From Octopus sinensis (Eukaryota), in the NCBI RefSeq assembly GCF_006345805.1, contig NC_043013.1, forward strand, positions 17,422,001 through 17,486,000: a DNA stretch of 64,000 nt. Reading direction: 5' to 3'. This document shows, in pieces, positions 35,401-50,626 of the stretch (positions within the stretch are counted from its first letter, which is position 1; every line of letters starts with the position of its first letter). The position numbers and the translations under genes were made by a program. Under the pieces are notes generated by a model. It was not told the origin of the DNA and made no database searches. It was given only the letters and a program-made list of their open reading frames with translations.

Positions 35401-38400
35401 TGATCGAGCAGTTTTGAAGTAATTATATGCTATAGTTTATACATTATAAAGTATATACTGTGCTGATGAAACCTAATAGACTGAAACATTTCCTTAATTA
35501 TCCCTTGCCTTCAAACGAAGTTCAGACTTTCCCAATATTATTGTCATTATACATCTATTTCCCATGCTGGCATGGGTTTGATGGGTTGTCATCATGATGG
35601 AAGTCAGCACATATTCATGGGTACTGCTCACCTGGATGGGTCAGATGATTTCATCTCATTCATTTCATTTTTGCTTTGGTTTCTGTGGCTAGATGCTCCT
35701 TCCTAACAATGTTTTACAAAGTATACTAGATGCTTTTTTTTTTTTTTTTTTGTGGCACCAGCCCTAGAAAGGTGTCTTTTTTTTTTTTGGCCCCCAACCT
35801 GACTAAAGGGATCATAACATGTATAAAATAACTGAGAAATTGATAAATTTTTTAAAAAAATTATCTCCTCTTTTAGGACTGTAGTTTCCAATTGCCATTA
35901 AATTTTTTTTCTCCAACTAAGTGGTAAATTTTAGCTGAAAATATTTTGCATATGATACACCGTACTGACTCATTTGTCCAGATTTATACCTTTTACCTCT
36001 TTAAATTATTTCCCTTACTGCATTTAAAAAATTTTTTTACTACTGTTCTGTTTGTATGTAGCCACCTCTGATAGATTCATTCTCTTTATTCATTGCAGAG
36101 ATAAGAAGACCGCATCTGATACAGACTCTCTGCCTTCTGAATATTTAGCCAGTTCACTGTCCAAGCAGTCGCAGGTAAACAACAGCAGCACTTGTGTTGA
36201 ATATTCTGTTATATTTATTTACAATACACATGGGATCAAATAGGGATACTCTTCCTTCACAAATTATTTATACTTTAAAAATAACTGAAAAAAGGTTGTT
36301 GTGGGTTTGATTACATTTAAACAGATTAATTTGTATTTAGATTGGATTGTTGCATATCATACCGATCCAAAGACTCAGTCTTCAACAACATAATGTTTCT
36401 ATTACTACCACCACTATCATAATTACCATAATTAAAGCTGAGAATTAATGGAACAGCAGACGAAATATTTTGTTTGGTTTCATTTGTTACACGGGAGATC
36501 AACTCTCCTCTTTTATTGTTCAGGGGTCAATAAAATACATCAAATAGAGGGCTCAGTTTGATCTATTGTTCCCACTCCTAGGGTTTTATCATCACCATTT
36601 AACTTCTATTTTCCATGCTGGTATGGGTTGAGTGATTCAACAGAAACCTCTGAGCCAGAGGGCTGCATCAAACTCCAGTGTCTGCTTTGGAATAGTTTCT
36701 ACTGCTGAATGCCAATTACATTGTTGGGGCCAATGTCAATGTCCCATATAAAAACACCCTTCAATCGTTGGGTGATATGCTGCGCTTGTGAAGACCTGTC
36801 GAACTGAGTGAAATTGTAGTCATGGCCAATGCCAGTGCCGTCTGACTGGCACCTGTGCCAGTGGTACGTAAAAAGCACCATTCCGGGATTGAGCTTTATG
36901 GAGGCAGTAACATCAAGCCAAGGGAGATCGTAGTCATGGCTGATGCCAATGTTGTGCAGCTGGCCTGCTAAAAGCACCCTTCAGTTGTTTGGCAATATGC
37001 TGTGCTCTTGAAGACCTGTCGAACTGAGTGAAATAGTAGTCATCGCTGATAACAGTGCCAACTGACTGGCACCCATGCCAGTGGCATGTAAAAAGCACTG
37101 GTCAGGCATTAGACCATATGGAAGCAGTGACAGGTGACCAAGACCTTTGGTGATATACTGCGCTTATGTAGACCTGTCAAGCCAAGTGAGACCATATTTG
37201 TGGTTGATGCTGGTGTCAAGTCAATGGCACCTGTACTGGTTGTACACAAAGAAACACCCACTACACTCAGAGTGGTTGACCTTAGGAAGGGCATCCAGCT
37301 GTAGAGGTCTTGCCAGATCAGATCGGAACCTGGTGCAGCCCCCACCCCCGCTTACCAATTTTCAGTCAAACCATCCAACCCATGCCAGGATGATGTAAAG
37401 CAGATTAAATGATGATGGTGAGTGCACTGGGTGCTTTTTTTCTCTCATAGTGAGGTCACTAAGTACTTGCATGACAAGACCCCCCTCAACTGAGTGGGGT
37501 ATAGTATTGAAGGATGTGAAAGTTTGATAGATGGTCAAGAACAGGTGTCTTGCTGAAGAGGTGAACACATGACTTCCCTTGCCCTTTATGTAAGCTGGCA
37601 GAATTGGTTGAGCCCTGCTGTAGTTAGTCATGACTCTTTACATTCTGAGTCAATAAAATAAAGTACTGGTCAACTTGTGGAGTTAATTAAATTTACTAAT
37701 GCTTTACTATATTTACTTTTCTAATTCAAGGTTCTGAGTTCAGTTATCAATTTTTCTGTTTCATTCCCCTGGCTTTGATAAAATACAAGTAGTGTACTAG
37801 GAAGGTTATTGCAATCAACTCTCTCTCTCCCTCTCACCCTCACCACTCCATTCCTGTAGAAAATTGGTAGAATTCTCTGATTGCTGAACAAAATACCTAA
37901 TAGTGTTTACTGTGGTGGTGGTAGATTGGTAGAATGACTAGATTTGTACATTTATGCTATTGCAGCATTTCAATGGTTGGATACCTTTCCCAACTTCCAA
38001 CTGGTTTTAGAGTACATTTGGTTGATAAAATAAATATTAGACAATGTGCTGGTGTTGATTTAATCTATTGTGTTACTTCCCCCTCCCCACCACTACCAAA
38101 TTTGTGGCTCTTGTATCATCTGAGGAATAGTTATTATTCTGGGGTTTCAGAGTCAACTTTGCTCTTTACCCATCCAAAAAGGACAAAATAAGCACTAACC
38201 AAGTACAGAGGACAATTTAATCAACCTTTGTGCTAAGTTAGAAAGCCTCAGTAATATTGTTATACCAAGTTCAAATCCTTCTGAGGTCAATAAAATAAAG
38301 TAGCAGTTAACTACTGGAGCCAGATTGAGTACCCTGGCTCTCCCAAATTTCAAACCTTGTACCCCTTCTTTTATCTTTCTAATCTGTTAATCAGAAGGGA

Positions 38401-39884
38401 AGGTAGTGCCATGACCCTTTACTGGGTCTCTGAGATAGGTGGGATAGTGGTATAGGTAGGAAGGAAGTTAACGTTGAGCCAGAAATCTGGCCCAATTGCT
38501 TGCAGTAGAGTGGAATCTGGTAAAGGCACCCTAGGAGCCAGAGGTGATAGTATTAAACCAAGTGACTAGCTAAGTCTATGAGCCAAGTGAAGCATGGCAG
38601 AAACTGAATTCAAAATACAAAGAACTGGAACCAATACTGTAAGTGTAAGACTGTTGTTGTTGTTGTTTCAAATCTTGGCACAAGGTCAGTAAGTTCAGGG
38701 GAGGGGGTAAGTCATATTACATCAACCTCATTACTCAGCTGGAACCTATTCTATCAACTCCAAAAGGATGAAAGGCAAAGTCAACCTCTGCAGAATTTGA
38801 ACTCAGAATGCCTGACATGCTAACAATTGTGCCTGCTCACTACCTTAATAATAACAACAATAAGACTTTGAATTCTCTTCTTTCTTCATAGCAATAATGT
38901 CTGTTAGACAATTCTTCACTAACTAGTATTGAATTTTCAAAAGTAGTATTATGGCAATGTTGAAATATAAAGCAAATAATTGTTTTAAAATATAGGACTA
39001 AGGCAACAAAATTGGAAGAGAAGGGTATAGTCGGCTTCAGAATAACTCCAGTGTAGGACTGATTACCTAAATGAAAATATAATTGAGATGTCAATCATTG
39101 GAACAACAAGTTTTCTACTTAATATTTTTCTACAGACCTGGGCTGTCTCTGATTGACTCTGTTGGGGCTTGTTGTTTGGTGTCTCCATTTGATTCCTTTA
39201 TTCTCAGAATTGTTATGTTGGAAGAAGGGGTGTTTTTTTTTCTCCTCTAAAATAATAATCCTCACTCTCTCTGTCTGTCTCTCTCTCCCTCCCTCTCTCT
39301 GTCTGTCTCTCTCACTGCCTACAACTATACTCATTATAATCAACAAGTCTCTTTGACCTGTTAGAAATAGCAACCAAATTTTCTTTGATGACACTCTACT
39401 ATTTTGAAAAAGAGATGTGGGAGGGAGACACGAGATAAAGCTACACTAACAGTGCTCCCACTGTTTACAGCAGGATGTTTCTATTGACAAGTTAGATTGA
39501 GCCATCTGTGTATGTTGTGGGTATAGACTCAATACTAATAGACTATTGACCTCTTGGCTGTTTAACTGAAGTTTCCATATTCTGAACTCCAGAAATTAGG
39601 CTGTGAAGTGTGAATTGGACAATAGACTTAACTTTCTCTTCGGTCATAGCTTGGACACATTGCACTCACTCTCTCAGTTTGTTATTGTAATTTATTAAAA
39701 TGTTTTCCTATCTTCTTAACATGTATTATTGCAAGGTTGGTCACCTCACACTGTACATTGTGGGACTGGTCAGTTCACAGTCCATTGTCGAGTCAGTCAT
39801 TATCCACTGTGGTCATTTCAAATTGACTATTGTGTATTTGCTCAGTTAATGTCTGCTGGAGTGCTGGTCAGTTGTGAAAACACC

Positions 39885-39915
<31 letters not shown>

Positions 39916-40166
39916 CAAGTTAGAAAAACCACCAAATATATACGTTTTATTTATTATTTTGCTTAATCATCGATATATTATTGTTATTTTATATTTAATT
40001 TTTCTATTATATGTAATTTTCTAGATGGTGTAATTTAATTGTTCATTTTGAATTGATAAAAGGTGGTTTTTCTAATTTTTATATATATATTATATTTTGT
40101 GAAATTTGATTTAGTATTTCTAAATTGAATTTTTCCCTGTAAGTTAGGAATAATATTCACTCAAAT

Positions 40167-40202
<36 letters not shown>

Positions 40203-40571
40203 CTACTAAGCAAAAGTATCATAAGTCCAAAATGTTGCTTTTTCAGAAAATGAAAAAATAGTTTCACCATTCCACTTCTTTTTACTTTAGCAACAGTTTC
40301 AGTGTAACAATAATGCATAAAATCATAATTACCATGCATGTATGATATTTTCAGTCAGAAATATTTTTGCAAAAGTGTCATATGTGGGGCTTTACTACTT
40401 CTGAAAAATGCTATACCATTGTACTTCACTTTCACAATTTTCATCTGAAGCACCTGGAGATATGATAGTTTGACCAAAAGAACTGGCTATTGCAAGCAAA
40501 ATTAAATATTGAAAAAAAAAACGCAATTGGCCAAATTTGGACATACAACAGTTTAACATAATAGCAACAAC

Positions 40572-40617
<46 letters not shown>

Positions 40618-41354
40618 ATTGAATAGCTCTCTGCCAGACAGGACCAAAGAGATCTCTAACCCTACAAGTTCTTCAATCTGTTTTATAATTTTATATCACA
40701 ATTGTGTTATTGTTGGTTACTGGTTTATGTCAAGCCAATCTTTGGTTCAGTGTATTTATGACTGTTAATTAAAGGAAGAGTGTTTGTGAACAGTTTGAAG
40801 AGCCCTAATTTTTCATTGATGCTTGTATTCTTCACTAGTATACAACAAAAGATATAAATATACACAGACACATATTTAAACTCTTGGAGGAGATGACAAG
40901 GTACCAAGATGATTGGCGGTACTAGAAGCACTGTGTGTGCATGTACAGCAGGGCCCTTTGCTGAATTCCCTACCTCAAGATACTCCCACCACCTTTCATC
41001 TCTCCAACTGCAATTTTTCCTTGATACCACTAACCTTTAGCAATGGTCACCCTTAATACCGTCCTCTCATAAGGCAGCGAGCTGGCAGAATCATTACCAC
41101 ACTAGGCAGAATGCTTTGCAGCATTTCGTCTGTCTTCACATTCTGAGTTCAAACTCTGCTAAGGTTGACTTCACCTTTCATCCTTTCAGTGTTGATAAAA
41201 GTACCCGTGGGACTCTGGGATCGAGGTAATTGACTTATACCCTTCCCTGAAATTGCTGGCCTTGTGCCAAAATTTGAAACCAATACTGCCCTTTCTATCA
41301 ACACTTTGCTGTGTCTCCTCCTCAAGCTGCCAAATCATTTCGTCTTCTCCACCA

Positions 41355-41399
<45 letters not shown>

Positions 41400-42925
41400 A
41401 CCATGCACTATGCCTACTTCTCTCTCCTTCCCCCACACTTTCACAATCGATCCAACCACTCATCATCTCTCTCTCTCTCTCTCTCTTCTCACCCTTCCCC
41501 TGTATATTGTATCATCATCATTATCATTCTGCTACTCTTCAACCTCATGCATCATTGGTCACTTCCCACCATTCATTATACCTACCTTCCCCTCAACCCT
41601 ATCCAATCTCTATAGTTGTCTTCTACTCTTCCTTACTCATGCACTCAGCATTCTTTATCTTTACTTCCCTCACTCATTCTCCATCTCTCACTCTCTCTTG
41701 CAACCACCACCACCACCCACCCACTCTCCTGATTCTTCTTCCTCCATTAACTTCTATTCATCTCATACCTTGAGGGTCATATACACACCTCGTCACCACT
41801 ATTTTATTTCTTTCCTGCTCTACCCTGATCACCACCACTCTCTTTCTAAAATGTGAGCAGTCACGTAGCTCCCCTACAGCAAGATTCTGTTCTGCTTTGG
41901 CCCTTTCTCTCAAACTGTAACCTTTCATCTCCTGGCATAATGTCACTTCTCTTTGGGGTTTGTAATTTTTCAGACTGCATAGTGACTTTACTTTTGCTGG
42001 TAGCACAAAGAAGGCACCCATTACACACTGTAAAGTGGTTAGCACTAGGAAGGGCAGTAGAAATCCTCCCAAAGCAGACAGTGGAGCACTATGCAGTCAT
42101 TGAACTTGTTAGATCTTGGCAAATGGTCCAACCCATGGAACATGGATGTTTAATTTTTTTTTATGTCCATTTTACCATGCTATCATGGCTTGGATGAATA
42201 CATTCTTTTACAGCTGGGTGCCTTCCCATCCTCATCTGTTTTTCAAGTTAGGAATATTTTATTCCACATATCTTTGAAGGTGCAAAACCTGTGGATCACC
42301 TGCTAATAGGAGAAATTACAGGAACATCATTACCCACAGCTGAGCAGCTTTGGGAGAAGTGCAAATGTAAGCTTACATGTACACTCAAGTTTCAATTTCT
42401 ATCTACCAAATCCACTGAGAAGATTTTGGTTACCATGGGCTATTTGTTGTAGAAGATATTTGCCCAAAGTGTCACTGAGTGGGTTTGAACCTAAAACTAT
42501 GAGATTGAGAAGTTAACCTCTTAACCATGCTGTGTTTGTGTGTGTCTATTGAGCTTCTGCAGTTTCCACCAGCTGTTTACCATTCACAAAGTTATGGTCA
42601 ACTCATGGCTATGGTAAAAGACATCCATGATGCTGTGCACTGGAACGGAACACAGAAGCCATTGGTTATGAATTAAACATCTTAACCCCCACAACCATGG
42701 CTGCTCAGTGGAAAGGAATGATTGTGTGTCATAGTCATGTCTAACTTCTCACAATTAGGGGTTAATAAAATATTGATTTCAAATCTGTCACTCATGCTGC
42801 TGGTGCAAGTGGTGGTGCTCTAGTTGTTTTCTTTTAATCCTCTTCAGCTTCTGATTATAACTTGTGCTGGTTGCTAATGGCAACAGTGTCAGCAGTTGGT
42901 TTTAATATATTCATCCTTTGTTTGG

Positions 42926-42966
<41 letters not shown>

Positions 42967-45900
42967 TTATATTGTGTCATTAACCAAGTCATTGATGGTC
43001 ATTGTCTTACCTCTACCATACTTCTGGTTCTATATATATATGCACACACACACACACACATATAAACACTGAACTACTTTTTGTTTGCATTTACTACCAC
43101 AAATGTCCTAAATCTGACCCTTAATCCCCTTCTCTATCTATCTGCTCATACAGAAGGCATCAAGAGGTCAGGAGAATGTAAGCCACTTTTTATACTCTTT
43201 TATTATTATTATCATTATTATTATTATTTATTATTATTATTATTATTATTACAGCAGAAGTTTTTTTATATTTTTTTGCGTGCTTTCTTGTTATAATTGT
43301 CCGCTTCTTGATGCTTACATATATATATATAGCTTATGTGTGTTGTTTTTATTGACCAGTGTGTGTTTGCTTGTGTTTTGGTGTGTTTCTATTATGTGTT
43401 TTGTATTATCTAACCCCTAATATTTTTTTATGAAACTTAAGGATTCAACATATATACAGTATTTTTTTTAAACTGATACAAATGAGATAATAGCTGTTTG
43501 ATTTTAAAACTTCCAACCAAAATTTATAATTTAGATTTCCAAATGTTTTGTTTTGTGTTTTTCTCTTAAAATTATCTTTACCCAATTGCTGATTCTCTAT
43601 CATAACTATTAATATTTTCACATTGATGTGGCTGTGTGGTAAGAAGTTTGCTTCCTAACCACATGGTTCCAGGTTCAGTCCTTGGGCAAGTGCCTTCTAA
43701 TATGAGCCCAGGCCAACCAAAACCTTGAATGGATTCTATAGACAAAAATGGCGAAAAACCCATTGTAATATCTATGTGTGTGTTTGTGTATTTTTATGTA
43801 TGTTTCTGTTTGTCCCTCACTCCACTGCTTGACAATCAATGTTGGTTTGTTTACATTCCTCTGAATTAGCACTTTGGCAAAAGAGACTGATAGATTAAGT
43901 ACTAGGCTTTAAAAAGATTATGCGCTGGGCTTGTTTTGACTAAACCTTTCAAGGCAGTGCTCTATTATGGCCTCAGTCCAGTGACTAAAACAAGTAAAAT
44001 ATAAAAAAATAAGATCTGTGAAACATATGGGACACAATGTTTCTTCCTCACACTTAATTCTACCAACCCTCCTCATTCTCTTTGCTGTCTCTCAAGTCAC
44101 ACTTGCTGTAGTGAAATCCTTATTTAGGCTTCTGTCTCCGTATTTGTAGATACCTCAGCTTTTGTGTTCTCTTGGAAGTTCAACTTCCTGTGCCGGTTTG
44201 ATGATATTTGAAGGTACTCTTTCTCTGACAGGATCAACTTATTGCCCTTCCTTTCTCTCTTGGTCCTTTTATAATATACTACAGTAGATTGCAATAAAAT
44301 ACAATGCATTACAATATACTATAATACATTGTAATCTGTTATAATACATTCTGATATAGTATAACACATAATATATTTTTTTCAAATTTTGGCACAAGGC
44401 CAGCAATTTTGTGGGAGTGGGTAAGTTGATTACATTGTTACCAATGTCCAACTGATACTTATTTTATTGACCCCAAAAGAATGAAAGCCAAAGTCAACTT
44501 CAGCAGAATTTGAACTTTGAACATACAGACAGACAAAATGCCACTAAGCATTTTGATAGCTTGCCACCTTAATAAATTATAATATATTACCATAGGCCTG
44601 ATAACAGGGGGTGCAAGCACAGCTCATAGAATTTTTGTTGGGTGCTAAATCAAAATTTGCACCCCTGTTTACTTTTCTCAGGTTTAGAAAACAGTGAGTA
44701 AAAAGTGATTTGTAAAAAGTAGCTTGGAGTTAGGTTTCTTCTCAAAGAACAAAAATAAAAAAAAAGACCTTGTTTTAAAAATTTTTGGACCTAGGTTTGC
44801 ACCCCTCAAGCAAATTTCATTCGTGTGCCAGTGTATATTACAATATGTCATAATGTACTAAAATGCATTATAGTATACAGTACATTATGCTATAATACAT
44901 TACCGTATAGTACAATGCATCATAGTATATTACAACACAATTGTTTCTCAGCCAACAAGAGAGTCTCTATATTGTTAGTAGAATATGGTTTGAGGGTGAT
45001 TTTATGACTATCTAAAGGAAGGACACAGTGAAGTCGTAGGTACACTGTCTGAAAAATTACTTATAGTCTCTTCCATTCAGGTTGTCATGTGACTAAACCA
45101 CAGTTCTTGGTTATTTCTGATTCCTATTGCTACCAGGATTTGAAAATTAGGGCAGATTTTCCCCCCTTATTTTGTGATTTAGGGGTAATTTTTGAAAAAC
45201 AAGGGGAACTTCGCAGCAGTGTTCAGTGAACAAATTAAACACACAACCCGGCAGTGGCTAAAACATGAACCGATCAGGTTTATGTATAAATTTTATTTTT
45301 ATGTTTGTTTCCTTTTACACAATATTAAAACAATGGCTAAAAATTTCTGAAGCAGCACCCCTACTAATTTCATCTATGAGCCACCACTGTTCACAATATA
45401 CATGATATAATATGTGTTTCAAATAACCCTAGGCAGGTACAAGTTGATATTAACAGAGATGATAAAATATTTGTGATTATCATCATCATCACACTATTTG
45501 ATGCCTGTTGCTGAGGCTTCATTTGAGATGGATTGTTTTAACAACCCATCATTCCAATTGTTAACCCCATGGTTGAAACGCAAGCTTCTTAACTACATGA
45601 ACATGCATGTATAGGAAACCAGTCTACTAGTTTTTGTGAGCTTTTCCCTTTTCAGAGCCCAAAAAAGGCAACACGGATTGTTATTGTTATGTAGTCGGGC
45701 CTGAATGAGCAGGTCTACAGTAAAAGACGTTTAGACATTGACCATCTTGTCTTTGTGTGGACCCGAGACAACATTCAGTATATAAAGTAGTGTAAGTTGA
45801 GGGAGATAATTTGGCTGCTGTTTCTAGCGGGTCAAGTGACCACAATAAGGCTTCTTGATTTGTAAACAGGCTATTTTCTTGGTTGGTCTTTTAAAGCAGA

Positions 45901-46083
45901 TATTTTCCTGTCTGACTGTTCTGTAATCTTTCTTTTTCTTACTCCTACCACATCCTCCTAAACCGCTTTATTTTATATAACTTCCTGTTCACAAAGACTA
46001 GATTATATTAGCCATCACATTTGTTTACTGAAGATATTATTCATATTGTTTCCTTTTCCTTTAAGTCCTTTCTAGTGAATCTT

Positions 46084-46120
<37 letters not shown>

Positions 46121-47972
46121 TTGTATAGAACTGTGTGCTTTAATAGCTCCAGCAACATGGTGTTTGGCTGTTGTGTACATGCTCACATGTCAGAGATAGG
46201 AAGCTTCATGCTTGGTGGCACGTAAAAAGCACCCACTACACTCACGGAGTGGTTGGCGTTAGGAAGGGCATCCAGCTGTAGAAACTCTGCCAAATCAGAC
46301 TGGGCCTGGTGCAGCCTTCTGGCTTCCCAGACCCCAGTTGAACCGTCCAACCCATGCTAGCATGGAGAACAGATGTTAAACGATGATGATGTATTTACAT
46401 ATTGGAGAAAGGAGATCAGGTGGGTGTGTAAAGGCTGCCTGAGTATATGGCGGGAGGGAGACAACCATCTTTCACTCTGCCCTCACACCCTTGCAATATT
46501 TACCTACCCCTTCTGACTTTGTCTTCATTCTGTCTGCTATTCACCTTCTTTGACATTGAAGATACACTCTAGATCTCATCATCACACCTTTATCTCTTTC
46601 AGCTTCACCTCATTGACTCCTACCCACCCATATATAATATGGCATAGTCAGAAATCTTCTCTACAACCAATCTGTCCTTATTCTTCTTCTCATTCATTGG
46701 TGATACCTGCTCAGAGTCCTAAGCAAAGTTTTCAAAACGTTTTCATTGTTCTCAACACAGTCGAGATCTTGTACAGCTGAAACCCGAGTGTCTTTTTGTT
46801 CAGCTGAAAGCAGTTTTGGCACAAACTTGGCAGACACGCATCTCATACCCAAATCTTCAGTGATAATGGACTGAACTGAACCATAACTAATCTGCACATC
46901 CTCTGATAACTCACGGATGATGATTCAACAATTTCCCCTCACAGCTGAGATGTTTTTCTCAGTTCTGATGGTTGCAGGTCTCCAAGAATGTTCATCAATA
47001 TCAACACTTTTTCAATTATCTTGGGAACCTATGAACCACTCATATGCTTGTGTGCAACCCATACACTCCTTTCCATACACTTTCTGCATTTTGCATAGGC
47101 CTCTGAGCAGGTATTGCCATGACAACTTTCTCTATCATAGTCAATGTAACGATCACATGCTACACACCTTCCTTCCAAGCTCTGCTGTAAACAGCAGAAG
47201 TGAGCTAGAATGTTAAACTTAGTGAGCATTAATCTGTGCCAAGTGGCTTCACTCTGCTTTAGCTTTGTTACTATGACAACAGTCCGGATACTTATTGATC
47301 AGATCTCGTATATTTAAAATGAGTATTTTTTTTTATTTTCATATAAAATGTTATGTAATTATGTAATTATATATAATTAGTCATTGATTAATGTTGCTCT
47401 TTTTATCTGACTGCACAATTATTTCTGATTAACTTTTTGATGCTGTTTGCATAAAATATATTAATAAATGTTAATTAAAAATCTTATAAACAATTGAGAC
47501 AGTATTAAATTAAAACAGCCATTTATGTACAATACTTAATATACATCATTTATAGGCCAGTTACTGTGGTGTTTGCTCTGAGATTACAACTTGCATGGAC
47601 ATGTGTTAAAAACATGTATTGAAAGGAGACAAAAGCTTATCCCTGGAGCAGCTAGCAAGAAAGCCAAATGCATTTCAGTCGTTTTGGGCCTTTCCAATGA
47701 TTGCCCACATAATTGAACAAGAATTTATTACCTCCTATATAGGAAAGAGTGAATAAAACATTCACTGGTGTTGTAAATATTCACCTGGCTAAATAAAAGT
47801 CTGGCAGTATTAAATTAAAATAGCCATCTTCGTATCATACTTAATGTATATACACTGTTGATACACCAGTTCCTATGAGCACTTCCATAAGATGTTATCT
47901 CGGGATGAATCCTGTAGTAATTGACCTATCAGTGGTGTTTGTATATTAAGTATAATATATATGTATATTAAG

Positions 47973-48006
<34 letters not shown>

Positions 48007-48185
48007 AAAAAAACACCTTTTATCAATTCAAAATGAAAAATTAAATTACACCATCTAGAAAATTACATATAATAGAAAGATTAAATATAAGATAAAAAAT
48101 ATAACGATGATTAAGTAATGTGCAAAAAATTAAATAAAATGTATATATTTAGTAGAATAACGACATGTGTTATTCATAATATTCC

Positions 48186-48224
<39 letters not shown>

Positions 48225-48309
48225 TTTCTATAAGGCTATTGTAATTGCTACATAGTTTGTATTTTGAAACAGTATCAAAATGTTGATTACTATAAATTTC
48301 AGTTATATG

Positions 48310-48346
<37 letters not shown>

Positions 48347-50591
48347 AGTTGTTTGTTTAGCTGCTTGCTTTATTTATTCCCTCCTACTAATTCTCAGTCT
48401 GTCTGTACACTGGCTTGTGTTGCTTTGTTTCTTCCCTTTTTTTGTCTGTCCGTCTCCTTTAGTTTTTGAGTAAAAAAAAAAAAAGCATGAATCTCATTTG
48501 TTGCATGTAGATGTTCCAATGTCCAAGTGTGTATTAGGTTGCTTATTTTCTATACCTGCCACAAGATCCATATTAAGTCCTCAAGACGACCTGTGAATTG
48601 CTTTGGTTTAGTCTCAGCCCAGCGATGATCCAGCAGAATATATTTTAAATTTTATTTGCTAAGTATGGAGAAAGGGACAATGCCCACAGCCCTCACAGGC
48701 CTTCCCTTCAAGGGCGATGAGACTAATGCTGTTAATGTCCTGCTTAAACTGCTGCAAATTGACTGGAGAGAATTCCAAGGTGGGCCTATACTATTGGGCA
48801 GAAGGACTAGGCTTTGTGGTTTATGTGGGATAGACACAACATGGATAATGAGAGATGGTCAAGTACATTTGGCATGGCTGAATGGAAATGGCATGAGACT
48901 AGCTAGCTTCCAGGAGCAGAGGACATTGTAGTAGTGGTAAGAAAGGCAGAGAGAGGACACAATAATATGTGAGTCAGAAACTGATGAATGACTAAGTGAT
49001 TTTATGTCAGTCACAGACCAGTGATTTATGCCAATCAGTCAAGTGTGTGCAGTCTAAGATGAAGGAGGAGTGTGCTATTTCTAATTGATGAAGTAACCAT
49101 CTGGAAGGTTATTCTTCATAAAAGATGGTGAACTAAATTGCATTACAGTAATTAGTCTTGTCTCTCTACAGATTCTGATGCAATGATTAATTGTATTTAT
49201 AAATATCAATTATGTTTATAAACTTTAAATAATTCGTTGATGTTGTTTAGCCCTTGGTCAGCTCTGATTGAATTGGCATATGATCAAAGACATTCCAGCC
49301 ATGACTGTCCTAATTTTTACAGACATCTAAGACTGCATATCCAGTGTGTCCTTTAGTTTCTCTCTGATATTGGTGTGTGATTGCGGTAAATTTGATTGCT
49401 ATTTTTAATGGTGAGCAACCATATAACTGGAGCAATAACATGTTCTGTATGCATTAACTGCATCCCTGTATGTCAGTAACTGCTCCCTGGATTATTTCAG
49501 TAGCCTCCATAGACTTTTTAAAAAATTTTTCTTTCCTAAGCATTAGCCCTTGTTAGAAGGGATGTATTGTGAAATATCGCCTTGATTTTAAATTCCTTAG
49601 GTCCAATTTTATTTTTCCCCTCCTCCATTCCCAAGAGATAAAAACCAAAAGTTGGATCTAGTGAGATTTGAACTGAACAAAGTCCCTCTAAATGTATCAT
49701 ATTAGATTACTTAATCTGTCAAACTAACGAGTCATTGAACACTTTCTCACAACATCTCATTCTACATTATCATTTCTGCCCTCACTTTCACTCGGTACTA
49801 ATAATAACAATAATTTCAAACAAAGGCACAAGGCCATTTTAGAAGTGGATTATAATTGATAGAATTGTTTTAATATATGTCTTCTTGATTAATGTTGTAT
49901 TTTATTGACCCTGGAAGAATGAAAGGCAAAGCCAACATCAGACAGAATTAAACACAGTACAAAATTTAGTAACATTTTGTCATTCTGTTATTCTGCCTTT
50001 CTGCTACTCTGCAGCTTTTAATAATAATAATGAACTTTAGCTTGTAGAAATACTTTATAGTGGTGGATTTGGACTTCTGGGCTCTGAGCTTATCTTAGTG
50101 CAATATTTTTGCACCTAGTTGTTTTTATGTGAATTATACCATGTGATCCATTAAGGCTTTGAGCCAAAGCCTTGTTGGAAGGTACCAAGATAGTGGTACT
50201 GAGATAGTATCTGCTTGAGCAGACACTATGTAGAACTACATTAGCTTGTATGTCCTTCCCTTTTGGAAGACATTTGTGGGTGATTTGGCTGCCATTTCTA
50301 GAAAGCCAAGTGACCATCTAGAGAATGGCTTGTGGTGCTTTGTTTTATCTGTGAAATACTTGTACTTTTGCAGCTTCCCCCTTCGAAGAGTGACCAGGAA
50401 ATCCAAGAGGAGGAGGAGCTACAACTGGCATTAGCATTGTCAAAGAGTGAACATGAAAGCAAAGAGAAGGAGGTAGGTGTACCCGGATCATATTTCCTAG
50501 ATAACCTGCTTTCATTGATTTTGTTTGAATTTTGAATTATCACTTGGCTTCTGCTTGGTTTTTGCACAGCTTCATGAAAATGGCCTCCATG

Positions 50592-50626
<35 letters not shown>

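Noticed and set aside
35462-35490. Second CTGATGA...GAAAC hammerhead-like word
   Set aside because: Stem II (AACCTAATAGACT) does not pair and there is no NUH or stem I; at most a decayed Penelope-type end
41253-42197. Cluster of 104-181 aa ORFs
   Set aside because: Caused by a G-poor CT/CAT low-complexity tract plus SINE fragments; no domain content
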